A stretch of DNA of 64,000 bases from Dictyostelium discoideum (taxonomy: Eukaryota): positions 1,888,001 to 1,952,000 of the forward strand of contig CM000153.2 of NCBI GenBank assembly GCA_000004695.1. The letters are read 5' to 3'. Of the stretch, positions 40,765 to 56,596 are shown piece after piece; the first letter of the stretch is position 1; every line of letters begins with the position of its first letter. Made by a program: the position numbers and the translations under genes. Below the pieces are notes generated by a model. It made no database searches. It saw nothing but the letters and a program-made list of their open reading frames with translations, and had not been told where the DNA came from.

Positions 40765-40999
40765 CACATAAAAACAAAAAAAAAAAAAACCAATAAATAA
40801 AAATTATACAAAAAAAAAGAAATAAAATAAAATAAAATGTTTTCAAAGATTTTTTTTTGGATCTTTTGCCAAAAAAAAACAAAAAAAAAAAAAAAAAAAC
40901 TTTTTTCTTGAAATTTGTACAAACATTAATTCCAAAGCAACTGCACACAAACAGATTATTTTTTTATTTTAGAAAAAAAAAAAAAAAAAAAAAAAAAAA

Positions 41000-41680
41000 A
41001 TGAAGATTTTTATAAGAGGTAAAGGTTATTATATGGGATTGGAAGAAAAGATAGAGTTAAATGTTGAACCAATAGATACAATACTAAAATGTAGAGAATA
41101 TACTGGTGGTAATAAAACATTTTTCGATAGGGAAGGTAGATTATTAGGTTTATATGAGCAGTTTCAAAGTAGTGGTTTAAAAGAAGGTGATACAATTGAC
41201 ATTTGTTCATTTCCATTAGAGATTGCTTTTCTAACTTTTATATTACAAATACTTCAAGTTAAAGGAAATAATCATTTAGAAATAAATAGACTTAGAACAA
41301 AATTATTCAATAAAACTATTGATAATAAAATATATTCATCTCAATTAGATAAAATGAAACATTTATTTAATGATAGAGGTAATTTTCTTATAAAAAAACA
41401 AAAAAAAAAAAAAAGAAAGAATCATATTTTATTTTAAAAATACAATTAATTAATAATTAAATATATATATCATTTTATAAAAATAAAAGTGCCAAATGAT
41501 ATTTTAGAAAATGTATATTCAGATTATATTAAATATGATAGTATAGATAGGGATCCACTTCACCACTTTATAAAAAGAGTTTTTAATGTTAATAAAAATA
41601 ACAAACAAATTTTAGCTTCACCGAAATTAATTTCTCAAAAAGATGTTATAGATTTAGATAATAATAATAAAAATAAAAAT

Positions 41681-41758
<78 letters not shown>

Positions 41759-42109
41759 AATAATAATACTAATAGTAATGCAGGTTCAAACTCAATAACG
41801 GATGAAGAAGATGATCTAACTCAACCAGAGGGTGACCCTATTTTATTATTAGAGTCCAGCAATACTATACAAACAGAACAAACAGAACAAATACAACAAC
41901 AATTAATGAAACCAATGGAGGATATCACATTTGAGGTTATATTGGATGATGGAAAGAAATTTATATCACACAATAAAGAGCTTTTGGATAAATTAAAAAA
42001 GATTGAGGAATTAAATTGGACTTTAGCAAGGATAGTATCTGCTAAAGTTACTATATTACCAAAAACTGTAATTTTAAGTAATAACATTAGTAGTAGTAAT
42101 AGTAATAAC

Positions 42110-42182
<73 letters not shown>

Positions 42183-44341
42183 CACAAACATCTCCAAACC
42201 TAAAACAACAAATATCACCAACTAAAACAACAACAACGACAACTAATACAACATCCACAACAATAAATAAAATAAATACACCAACTAAAGATATTTCTTG
42301 TTTAAATATATCCACACCAAAAACAACATATAATATAAATAATACACCACCATCAGCTTTATCAATAAATAGCGCAAATTCGATAAGTTCAGTAAATTCA
42401 GTAAATTCAGTAAATTCATCATTTAATTACAACATTGAAGGTGTTGATGACGAATCAACAGATTTGGAAGATAATGATCAAGTATTTACTGATACAGAAG
42501 AAGATGAAAATGATCGTTATAAGGTTAATAATAATTTAGAAAATTCATTTAAACGTGAGCTTACAGAAGTTATTAGATGTGATACTGATGATTTTGAAGT
42601 TTATAAGAGATCTAAAAATGGTGATGATGTGGTTATATCTTCTCAAAGCTATACTTATAATTCAGCATCACAACCATTACCAACAACAAATGAATTGACA
42701 ACACCACAAATATCACCAAATAGTTCAACTTCAATGGTACCCGCCACCACCACCACCACCACCACCACCACCACTAATACTACAACAACAAAAACAACAA
42801 CATCTCAATTAACACCAACTAAAAAGAATTCATTACCAATTTTAAATTTTGATAATAATATACCAATTAATGGTGATATTAGAAAAGCTATTGAATCAAA
42901 TAATGAAAATAAAATAAAAGAGAAAAAATATAAACCAACATTTCAAGGACAACCAGTTTCATTTTTATTGGCTCTATATGAATTACGCGCAACACAAGAT
43001 ACTCATTTCAATTTAGAAGATGTAAAAGCAGAGGCACAGAAATTTACAGATGTTGAAGTTCGTAACCGTGATAGAAAAGGTGATAATGCATTTCGTAATG
43101 CATTATCTATGTTATCTCAATTAATCTCTAGAAAATTAATTAATTTCGTTAGGGAGGAAGATTTATATTTGACTAAAGAAGGTTGGGATTTTACAAAACC
43201 AATTTATCCATATATGCAAGATTTTAAAGAATTTACAATGATAAATAAAACAAAAATGGATTTGGCTCAAGATAAAGTAATGATTCTCGTTGATAGTTGT
43301 GAAAATTTCAAATCCGATATATTAAGAAATCTTCGTGAGAAAGGAATTTTTTGTATGGAGATGTCTTTACCTTCTAGTGATTTCTTATTTGTGAAATATA
43401 AAGAGGGATTTCAGGATGACATAAAGAATTTGGAGTTTTATCCATACTTGTTTGAAAGAAAGACTTGGAGTGATTTCAATTCATCAAGAAAGGATACTAG
43501 AAATATTCGTCAAAAATCAAAAATGAAATCTTATGATAAAATTAAAAAATCATTTTATATCATCGAAGGTGATGAAATATTACAAACTAATTTACCAATG
43601 GATACATTGAAATGTCATTTGGATCAATATACACTAATGGAAGGTTTTACAATAATTAGATCACAATCACTTATCGATACATGTACCCAACTTGCAATCG
43701 TTGCAAAATTATTATCTGACGACCCACATTTATCAACTAGGGATCAAGATTCTATGTGTAATCTATTGGAATTTAGAAATCAAGTTTTAAATTCAAGAGG
43801 TGGTAATACAAAAGAATCTTATGACCAATTTCAAGATGAAACTAGATCCGTTATAATTTCAAATTCAAATATGGGTGAAATGATTAGAGTTTCAATTTCT
43901 AAAGAACAATTTAAAGAGTACATATTATCACCACTCTATAGAGAAACTGTTAAATCCAAATTGGATGATTTTTACAATGAAAGGAAATTATTACTCTTTG
44001 AATCATATGAATCATTAAGAAAAGAAATTTATTCTCATCATAATCTTTTATTTAAAGGTTTTTTAACTTCCGTTGAAAAAGGTTTAGATATTAGTAATAT
44101 TGGTTATCGTTCAGAGAATTTATTACTTTCCGATTACATTGATAATCAAACTATAAGTTATAATCTACTTCATATTTTATTAACATTTGATTTTCAAACA
44201 ATTACACATTTTAATCAAGCAACATTATCAAATATCAGAAGTACTTCAACTTTAAATTCAATTGTTCAAAGTTGTTTAGATTTTCCAAATCCATCAACAA
44301 CTGTTTATAATAAATTAATTGCAAAACCAGTTGGTAAATAA
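41000..44341 (+). CDS. ubiquitin-like domain fused to an ERCC4 (XPF/MUS81-type) nuclease domain (2 exons, 1076 aa)
   Basis: Exons 41000..41378 and 41490..44341. The phase-1 junction g+tg gives V, and the exon-2 ORF is listed from a GTG start. The N-terminus MKIFIRGKGYYMGLEEKIELNVEPIDTILKCREYTG is ubiquitin-fold-like (compare [23 protein letters not shown]). The C-terminal half carries the ERCC4 motifs VMILVDSCE (VDxRE with Arg replaced by Cys), SSDFLFV (GDF), LFERKTWSD (ERKx3D) and FYIIEGDE, with long poly-N/Q/T linkers between. Confidence 0.6.
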
Positions 44342-44444
44342 ATATGTATAGGAAATTAAATTATTGTACATTTATTTATGTAAATAAAAAAAAAAAAGAT
44401 TATTATAATTTATATTTTAAAATATTATTTATTATTTTATTTAT

Positions 44445-47400
44445 TTAAAAACATTTTCTATGAACAATTCCTCTACCAACTTCATCATATTCTTGTTTTG
44501 TAATCCATTGATCCGAAAAAGTTTTAAGATCACCTAAAACCGAACCACCACACCAAACACTAATATCACGATTTGGTGGTGCATTAATTTTAATTTGGAC
44601 TTGAGGATTTGAAACTAAAAGTTCCATTTCTTTTTGTAAACGTTTTTCAAAACCTGTTGCCATTGTTGAACCACCAGAAACTACAATATTTTTATAGAGA
44701 TCACGACGAATATCAATATCACAAGAGGTGATAGTTTCATTTAAGAGGTGATGAATACCATTTTGATCTTTACCTAGTACTGAAGGGTCAAAGAAAGCTT
44801 CATAACAACGGAATCTTTCTTTACCAATGGTTAAAACTTGTTTATCGGGCATCGTATAATCCTTGAGTATATTATTATCCTCTGGAGCATTCATAGAGGC
44901 ATAGAAATCTTGAGAGACAAATGAAGTTTTCTCTTTGATATCACGTACGATTTCTCTTTCGGCGGTTGTAGTGAAAGCATAACCTCTTTCAGTGAGTAAA
45001 CGCATTAAATACTCTGTGATATCACGACCACCGATATCGATTCTTTTAATTGCATGTGGAATAGAATAACCTTCATAGATTGGCACGGTATGACAAACAC
45101 CATCACCACAATCCAATACGGTACCAGTGGTACGACCAGATGCATACAAAGAGAGAACGGCTTGAATTGCTATATAAACTGCAGGAGTATTGAAATATTC
45201 AAACATTGTTTCGACCATTCTTTCTCTGTTCGCTTTTGGATTAAGTGGTGGTTCAGTTAATAAAACTGGATGTTTTGAAGCATCGACACGAAGTTCATTT
45301 GTGAATGTATATTCCCAAAGTGCTTCCATATCATTCCAATTGGTGATGATACCATGTTCAATTGGGTATTTAATATTGAGAATACCACGTTTAGCTTGAG
45401 CTTCATCACCAATGTATTTATCTTTACCCATACCATGCATAACTGAATTGAACATTGGATAACCAATGATCGATGGGAAAACACATCTTGGAGCATCTTC
45501 ACCAGCAAATCCTGCTTTAACCATACCACTACCATTATCGATAACCAATGTTTTTTCAGTGATTTTTTGAAAGAATTCAGCACGTGAACTTTTGGCTTTA
45601 ATTGATTCTTGATATTTTGCAAATGATGGTGGTTCTGGAATATTTGCTGCTTTGGCATCTGCATAGTTTTCAATGACAGCGGTCGATTTAACTGGTGGAT
45701 TAAATGATAGATCAGAGGTTTGTTTCCAAAGTTTATCCATTTCATCCTCTTCAGACTCGGTTGAAGCAACTTGTTGTTGTAATGGTACATTAATGATTGA
45801 AGGGAATTTTGGTGGAGCTTTCTCTTTCTCTAAAATAAAGAATGTCCAAGCTTCAGAACGAATTGGTTGATTTTCATAATAAACCATAACACCATAACCA
45901 CCAGCAACCGTTGGAGTATAGGTAGCAGTGAAAGTACCATCATTGTTATTCTTTATATCACCATGAATTTGAATTCCAGGTGGACCCTGTACAAATACAT
46001 AAAATCTTTGACCTGGTGGCAATTTTCCAGCCTCGATTGGATTACCTTTACTAGTACGAGCAACAATTGTAAATGTTGATAAAACACCAGGAGAACCAGT
46101 TTCTAAACCAGGTCCATATGCTTCACATTTCAATGGATCGACTAAATCTAAAGCACCAACGGAAATAGTTGGTGCTTCATCAATGTTTGATATATGTGGT
46201 TGTTGATCACCAATTGGTGTATTTTGTAAATAGATAGCAATTGCATAACCACCAGCTTTTGGTGGTGTATAAGTTACATTGTAAGTACCATTTTGTTGAT
46301 CGACAACTTTTCCATATAATTGATCACCATATTGACCTTGAATTAAAACATTAAATGTTTCACCACCTTTTGTATGTTTATTACCTTTGGCATCATATGC
46401 CTGTATTATAAAACTACATTCTCTACCAACAATACCTTTCTTTAAACCATCACCACTAACTTTACATTGTGATGCTTCAGCAATACCAATACTTGGGATA
46501 TTATTAATATTTGGAAATTCTAATTTAGTTGTGGTGGTGGTGGTTGAAGTAGTACTTATATTTGATGTTGGTGGTGATGGAAATTGATCAATAGTTGCAG
46601 TCGATTCTTTTGGTACTGATGGGAAATCCATTAATAAATCATCATTACCACCGCCACCACTACCATTTGATGGTGCAGATGGAAATTGTTCAGCTAAAGA
46701 AGTTAAAGTGAAATCAGGAATACTTTGTTGTAAATCAACTAAAGGTGGTAATGCTGGAGTATCCCAGGCTACATTATGTTTCTTTGCAATATTACTAAGA
46801 TAATAGTTTACCAATGATTCTTCAGGTGGTTTATTTGATAATCTATGTACAATCTTTGGATTGATACAACAACAATCTATACATTCCTCTGGGAATTTTT
46901 TACCAAATTTTTCAATTAATCTCTTTCTAATCTTATATAATTCAACTTGTTTATCTAAATATGGTGATGCAAATATAATACTACAACATGCTTCTTTTAA
47001 ATCTGGTGGGCATACCCTTTTTTTTTAATTTATAAAATAAATTTAAATTAATTAGTTTTGGAAATATTAAGAGTGAGTGGAGTGGTGTTATCATTAATAT
47101 TGCTTACTTTACACCTTCAATTCCTCTAATTCTATTTGCTAAAGTTTCACAATAAATAATTAAAATACCTAAAACTTCAGTGTGATAATCTTCATTAATA
47201 ACTGAAACCGTTCTAACTCTTGCTTGTTCTTCTTTACCTAATTGTAATAATTCTGCAATCTCTTTTTTATGAACATTACTTTGTTCAAAATTTTTATTTT
47301 TATGTAATACCAATCTACTATTTGCTAATTTGAGTAACATACTCCTATTATTTATATAAATAAAATAATCAATTATAATTATAATTAATATATTATTAAT

Positions 47401-47469
47401 ATTTTCTTTGAATGGATACTAAATATCAAATGAGTATACAAACATATTAGGAATTGAAAATCCTGTCAT
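44445..47469 (-). CDS. filactin: Ist1-like domain, two filamin repeats and a C-terminal actin domain (3 exons, 944 aa)
   Basis: Exons 47469..47444 (a 26-nt first exon, MTGFSIPNM), 47344..47108 and 47016..44445. The Ist1-like N-terminus reads [43 protein letters not shown]. The filamin Ig repeats include [30 protein letters not shown] and [28 protein letters not shown]. The actin domain has [21 protein letters not shown] and ends [10 protein letters not shown]. The total of 944 aa matches what I recall for Dictyostelium filactin. Confidence 0.8.
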
Positions 47470-47576
47470 TTGAGTTTTTTATTTTTTATATATATATATA
47501 TACAAAATGTTATATTAACAAATTATAATTAATTTAACATCCAAATTTGTAGTTTATTAAAAAAAAAAAAAAAAAA

Positions 47577-47607
<31 letters not shown>

Positions 47608-47985
47608 TGAAAAAAAAGGATTTAATTTGTTCTAAAAATTCAAAAATTAAAAAAATTTAAATTAAAATAAATAAAATTTCAAATTACTTGAAAATTTAAT
47701 AAACACCTCAGTGCATGTAACCCTAACTTTCTGTTTCTGGCGAATTGTTTAATTGATTTCTATTAAATATTTATTTTAATATGAAATCAAAAAATGATTT
47801 TTTTAATTTTTTTTTTAAATATTTCATTGTTGTTTATTTTTTTTTTTTTTATTTTACAAAAAAAAAAAATTGAGTAAAACCTTTCATCAAAAATTAATAT
47901 ATAAATAAATTAATATTCATTTAATTTAAAAAATCTAAATCCATTTTTTTTTTTTTTTTTTTTTTTTAATCTGTCCACAACTCAT

Positions 47986-50051
<2,066 letters not shown>

Positions 50052-50989
50052 TTTTTTTTTTTTTTTTTATTGTAATAACAATAAAAATGTAATTATTGTG
50101 TTAAAAAAAAAATAAAAGGGGAGGGGTACTAAAAAAGGGGAAAAAAAACCGTGGCTTAAACTGAAGGCACCAAGTTCGCAAAAAAAAAAAAAAAAATTTG
50201 CAAAAATAATTTTTTATTTTTAAGAAAGAAAGTTAATATCTTCAGTTTCTGGATCACAACAAATATTGTGGGCTATTAATAATTTATTATATTTTCTCTT
50301 CGCTATTACTATTGTTTGGTTTATTTATTTGTTTATTTTTTTTTCAATTTTTGTTTGACCAAAAAAAAATAAAAAAAATAAAAAAAATAAAAAATAAAAA
50401 AAGATATTTTTTAATTTGGTTTTGAAGGTAAATATTGAACAGAAGCAACAAAATCCTCATCGATTAAATTCATTTGGGTTGGTGAAATGAAAGAATGGGT
50501 GTTGTTTTAAACGAATCCAAAAATCTCAATGTAAATTTGGTTATTTGATGATTTATAACTCCATCCTTCCAGTTTCATCAACTTCTCCGTTCTATCTATT
50601 AATACATCTTTATTACCTGTAATTGAATAATTAGTGTTTTGCTTTTATCCAACTTTTGGATAAAAGGTGTTTTTTTTGTATATCCATCTCCAACCTTATC
50701 TTTTTCACAAATATCCAATTTTTTTAAAATAAATATCCATAGTTTTTTTTTTTATATTGAGATTGTTGAAATAAAAAAAAAAATCATAAAAAAAAAAATA
50801 AAATAAAAAAAAATAAAAAAAAATAAAAAAAAAAAACGTTTTTTGAAAAAAATTAAATTTTTTATTGTTGTTTATTTATTTATTTTTTTTTTATTATAAA
50901 AAAAAAAAAAAAAATTTAGAAAAACCTTTCATCAAAAATTAATATATAAATAAATTAATATTTATTTAATTTAAAAAATCTAAATCTAA

Positions 50990-51038
<49 letters not shown>

Positions 51039-51161
51039 CATCTATCCACAACTCATTTATTTTTTTGGAATTAAAATTGGATGAGCTTCAGTATTGAAAA
51101 TATATTTATCTAATGGAATAACTGACGAAGGTTGGAATGATAAATAAAGATATTTTAAAGT

Positions 51162-52857
51162 TTATGACATAAAGAAACTTTCTTGAGTATCATCCAAAGA
51201 TTTTCTATCATCAACATTTTTAAGACCATTATAACCATTTTCATGTCTACAAACATCTTCAATTGCTTCAAAGATTTTCCATGACCATTCTTGATATTTA
51301 ATATCACCTACAAAAAAAAAGATATTAATATACTACTAATTTACAATTATTACTAAAATTATAATTAATTAAACATACCTGTTAAACGATATAAAATGAA
51401 TAATGATTCAACAGTTTCAGGACGTAAAATATACCAACTATATGTACCATGAACATTCCAACTAATATTACCAGAATCTGGATCGACACGGAATGATTCA
51501 GGAGCTAAACCAGATGGTGAAGTTAAATAAGTTTTTACGCAAGTTTTAGTTATCATTTCACCAACTTCCATATACTTAGCAGACTTTTTATCATCTTGAG
51601 TAATATTTGCAGCGGCAGCTAATGCAAACATACCACCAGCGAAACAAGCTAAATGTTCTTGAATGTTGGTTAGAGAGTTATGATCCATGGCTGAAAGGTA
51701 ACCATCACCTTTTGGGGAAACTTTGTACAAATGTTCAATGATAGAATCAGCAGATTCAACAAATAGACGTCTATAGATTTCGTCTTCACCATTTGTATAA
51801 ATCCACATCTTTAAGAGATATTCATAATAGGAATCACCTAAACCACCAATTGTAATAAAACTACCACAGAAACCATTTGCGTCTTGATTTACAAAAACTG
51901 GAAATAGACCTGGAATGTTTGGTTTCAATTTGGAGAGAGCATCAATCACTCTATCAGAGTATTCCTTATACTTTGGATCACCTGATATTCTTGAAAGTTC
52001 ATTAAATTCTAAAAATAATGTAGATACTTCTGATAAAATTACACAACCGCCAGTCCAACCTGGATATGTCTTTCCATGAGTTGCTAATCTAATTTGTGAT
52101 GCTGGGAATGGATTTTTAGTGTCTTTTGGGAATGCATATAATAATAAATCACCAATCTCTACTGCTTTCTCTAAATACATTTCATCATTTGTTAATCCAT
52201 ACATTGTTACATGTGATCCTAAAACTCTAATAATCGTTTCAAATACTGAAACTGCCATTCCCTTTTTTTTTTTTTTTTAAAAAAATTAAAATAAAATAAA
52301 AATTAATAAACATAAACCTTAAAACCATAAATATAAATCTAATATAAACATACAGTATTTTTAGATTGTTTTAATACATTAGCAACCCAATCTCTACCTT
52401 CTTTATATTCTTTATCTAAATTCATAATTTTAAGAGTATCTAAAGAATCAATAATTGTTAGACCAAGACCAAACCATTCTTTATGACTTTTTGTTAATGG
52501 TCTTAATTCATCTTGACCCCATGCAAATTCTTTATATTTTTCCCATGCATGTTTCATTGCTCCTCTAACTTGTTCTGATCTTTTAATATTTAATTTTTCA
52601 TTTTGATAATATACTTCATCAATTTTATTATATGGATTTCCTGTTTCAATTGTATTATTAATATTATTATTATTAATATTATTATTATTATTATTATTAT
52701 TGTTTGTATTATCTTTTTTTTGAATTACATTTTTCCATTTTTCAGGAATTGTATGAGCATCGATTTTATTTGTTCCTTCAAAACTAAAAATCGTAGATAT
52801 ACCAATAAGGAAAGCTACAATTACAATTGCAAGAAACAGTTTGATTTTTGTGTCCAT
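51162..52857 (-). CDS. GH47 alpha-1,2-mannosidase, paralog 2, cut short by a premature TAA 35 codons before the expected end; possible pseudogene
   Basis: Exons 52857..52354, 52261..51379 and 51307..51162. The structure matches paralogs 1 and 3, but codon GAA (the E of SETLKY) is TAA, giving minus-strand atg tca taa at 51170..51162. The reading frame stays homologous down to the ancestral stop near 51057. Confidence 0.55.
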
Positions 52858-53348
52858 TCTTATTTTTTTTTTTTTTTTATTGTAAAAACAATAAAAATGT
52901 AATAATTGTGTTAAAAAAAAAAAAATATAAATAAAAAAAAATTAAATTTCAAGCAAAAAATAAAAGGGGTTGTCTAAAACGAAAATTTATTTAAGTTTCT
53001 AAAATGGTTGATACTTTTTGAACCTAAAAACCATGGTTAAAACTGAAGGCACCAGGTTGGATAAACATAAAATATTTTACTTTCAAAAAACAAAAGCTAC
53101 CAAATTCGCAAAAAAAATTTTTTTTGGAAAATAGTTTTATTTTTAAGAAAGAAAGTTAATATTTTCAGTTTCTGGATCACAACAAATATTGTGGGATATT
53201 AATAATTTTTTATTTTCTCTTTGCTATTACTATTGCTTGGTTTAAAAAAAATAAAAAAAAAAGATATTTTTTAATTTGGTTTTGAAGGTAAATATTGAAC
53301 CGAAGCATGATTCCAATCATAAGCAACTAAATCTTCATCGATTAAATT

Positions 53349-53480
53349 CACCTTAACGTTTTCCCCTTTTTTTTCCACCTTAACGTTTTCCCCTTTTTTT
53401 TTTCACCCCCACCCCCCTTTTTTTTTAACACCATATCAAATTTCGCAGTCCCCTACATTTTATTAATTTTTTCACCTTTA
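53349..53480. repeat. C-rich tandem repeats CACCTTAACGTTTTCCCC(T)n, 2-3 copies, plus CACCCCCACCCCCC, unique to the spacer between GH47 paralogs 2 and 3
   Basis: Read directly. The CCTTAACG core also occurs in the hairpin units at 56597..56670. Confidence 0.7.
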
Positions 53481-53722
53481 CCCCTTTTTTTTTAACATTA
53501 TTTTATAATAATTTCCACATTATGATATTTTTATTTTCTAGTTTCAGGTATAAAAAAAAAAACAAAAAAAAGGGGAATGAATAAAGAAAAAGCAATTTTT
53601 TTTTGTTTACACACAAAAGTAGTGGGTTTATTTTTTAAAAAAAGTGAAAATTAATTTTTTTTTTTTACTCTTTATAAAATTACTAAAAATGTGGAAATTT
53701 CAACATTAATTGTTTATTTATT

Positions 53723-53759
<37 letters not shown>

Positions 53760-53968
53760 CACTTAAAAAATCTTATTTTCTCCACACACAAATTTTTTTT
53801 TCCACCTAAAATTTTTTTTTATACCAGATTTAAATGATATTTTTTTATTTTTTATTTTTTTTAATTTAAAAATTTTATTGTTGTTTATAAAAATAAATTC
53901 AGTAAAACCTCATCAAAAATTAATATAAAAAAAATTAATATTTATTTAATTTAAAAAATTTAAATCTA

Positions 53969-53999
<31 letters not shown>

Positions 54000-54016
54000 A
54001 TCGGTCCACAACTTAT

Positions 54017-54267
54017 TTATTTCTTTGGAATCAAAATTGGATGAGCTTCAGTATTGAAAATATATTTATCTAATGGAATAACTGACGAAGGTTGGAATGA
54101 TAAATAAAGATATTTTAAAGTTTCCGCCATAAAGAAACTTTCTTGAGTATCATCCAAAGATTTTCTATCATCAACATTTTTAAGACCATTATAACCATTT
54201 TCATGTCTACAAACATCTTCAATTGCTTCAAAGATTTTCCATGACCATTCTTGATATTTAATATCCC

Positions 54268-54328
<61 letters not shown>

Positions 54329-55832
54329 TACCACTAATTTACTATTATTACTAAAATTATAATTAATTAAACATACCTGTTAAACGATATAAAATGAATA
54401 ATGATTCAACAGTTTCAGGACGTAAAATATAAAAACTATATGTACCATGAACATTCCAACTAATATTACCAGAATTTGGATCGACACGGAATGATTCGGG
54501 AGCTAAACCAGATGGTGAAGTTAAATAAGTTTTTACGCAAGTTTTAGTTATCATTTCACCAACTTCCATATACTTAGCAGACTTTTTATCATCTTGAGTA
54601 ATATTTGCAGCGGCAGCTAATGCAAACATGCCGCCAGCGAAACAAGCTAAATGTTCTTGAATGTTGGTTAGAGAGTTATGATCCATGGCTGAAAGGTAAC
54701 CATCACCTTTTGGGGAAACTTTGTACAAATGTTCAATGATAGAATCAGCAGATTCAACAAATAGACGTCTATAGATTTCGTCTTCACCATTTGTATAAAT
54801 CCACATCTTTAAGAGATATTCATAATAGGAATCACCTAAACCACCAATTGTAATAAAACTACCACAGAAACCATTTGCGTCTTGATTTACAAAAACTGGA
54901 AATAGACCTGGTATGCTTGTTTTCATTTTGGATAGAGCATCAATCACTCTATCAGAGTATTCCTTATACTTTGGATCACCTGATATTCTTGAAAGTTCAT
55001 TAAATTCTAAAAATAATGTAGATACTTCTGATAAAATTACACAACCGCCAGTCCAACCTGGATATGACTTTCCATGAGTTGCTAATCTAATATTTGATGA
55101 TGGGAATGGTTTTTTAGTGTCTTCTGGGAATGCATATAATAATAAATCACCAATCTCTACTGCTTTCTCTAAATACATTTCATCATTTGTTAATCCATAC
55201 ATTGTTACATGTGATCCTAAAACTCTAATAATCGTTTCAAATACTGAAACCGTCATTCCCTTTTTTTTTTAAAAAAAAAAAAAATAAATTAAAATAAAAT
55301 AAAAATTAAAAAACATAAACAATAAAACCATATATATATATCTATTACATACAGTATTTTTAGATTGTTTTAATACATTAGCAACCCAATCTCTACCTTC
55401 TTTATATTCTTTATCTAAATTCATAATTTTAAGAGTATCTAAAGAATCAATAATTGTTAGACCAAGACCAAACCATTCTTTATGACTTTTTGTTAATGGT
55501 CTTAATTCATCTTGACCCCATGAAAATTCTTTATATTTTTCCCATGCATGTTTCATTGCTCCTCTAACTTGTTCTGATCTTTTAATATTTAATTTTTCAT
55601 TTTGATAATATACTTCATCAATTTTATTAAATGGATTTCCTGTTTTCTTATAATTTTTATTATTATTATTATTATAATTATTATTATTATTATTTTGAAT
55701 TACAATTTTCCATTTATCAGGAAATCTTTGGGCATCGATTTTATTTCTTCCATCAAAACTCAAAATAGTAAATATACTAATAAGGTAAGCTACAATTGCA
55801 ATTGCAAGGAACAGTTTGATTTTTGGGTTCAT
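54017..55832 (-). CDS. GH47 alpha-1,2-mannosidase, paralog 3 (3 exons, 537 aa)
   Basis: Exons 55832..55353, 55259..54377 and 54267..54017. It carries the same signatures as paralog 1 with an intact C-terminus ([37 protein letters not shown]). Read-through into the intron adds a false tail to track ORF 55269..55832. Confidence 0.75.
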
Positions 55833-56596
55833 TCTTTTTTTTTTAAGGGTAATAAAAATAAAAATGTAATTATTGTGTTAAAATAAAAATAAAAATAAAA
55901 AATTTTAAGCAAAAAGTAAAAGGGATTGTCTACAACGAAAATTTATTTAACTTTCATAAATTATTGATTTTTTTTGAAACCTCGAAAAAAACGTGGCTTA
56001 AACTGAAATCACCACGTGGGCTTAAAATATATTTTTCTTTCAAATAAAAAATGTAAATTTGGGTATTTGATGATTTTTAACTCCCTCCCATTTTCATCAA
56101 CTTCCCTTTATTCATAATTCTGTTAATACATCTTTATTACTTGTAATTAACAAACCAATTGATCTTAATATTTCCTGTAACTATATTTTTCATTTTTGAT
56201 TGGTTCTAAATGTGAAAATTTTTGATTGGTCCAAAATGTGAATATTTTTTTTAATATTTTTTTTTGAAAAAAAAAATCGATGTTAAAATAGTTATTTATT
56301 ACCTCTAGTTTAAATATTTGGTTATTGATCCCTTGAGAAAACTAATGTCTCTGAAATTTCTTTCTCTCCATCCGTAAACTCATTTTCGATCTCATTAATT
56401 TTTCATTAAAAAAAGTTTAATTTTTGATCTTTGTTAAATGTTGTTGTCTTTATTAAAATAAAATGGATTACAGTTTTAAATAATGCTCAAAAAAAAATAT
56501 TATCTTTAAAAAAAAATAATAATATCTGTTGCAATATATTTGTGTAAACACAATTATTGTAAGATATTTGTTTTAGGGAAATTTTTTTTGAAATTT

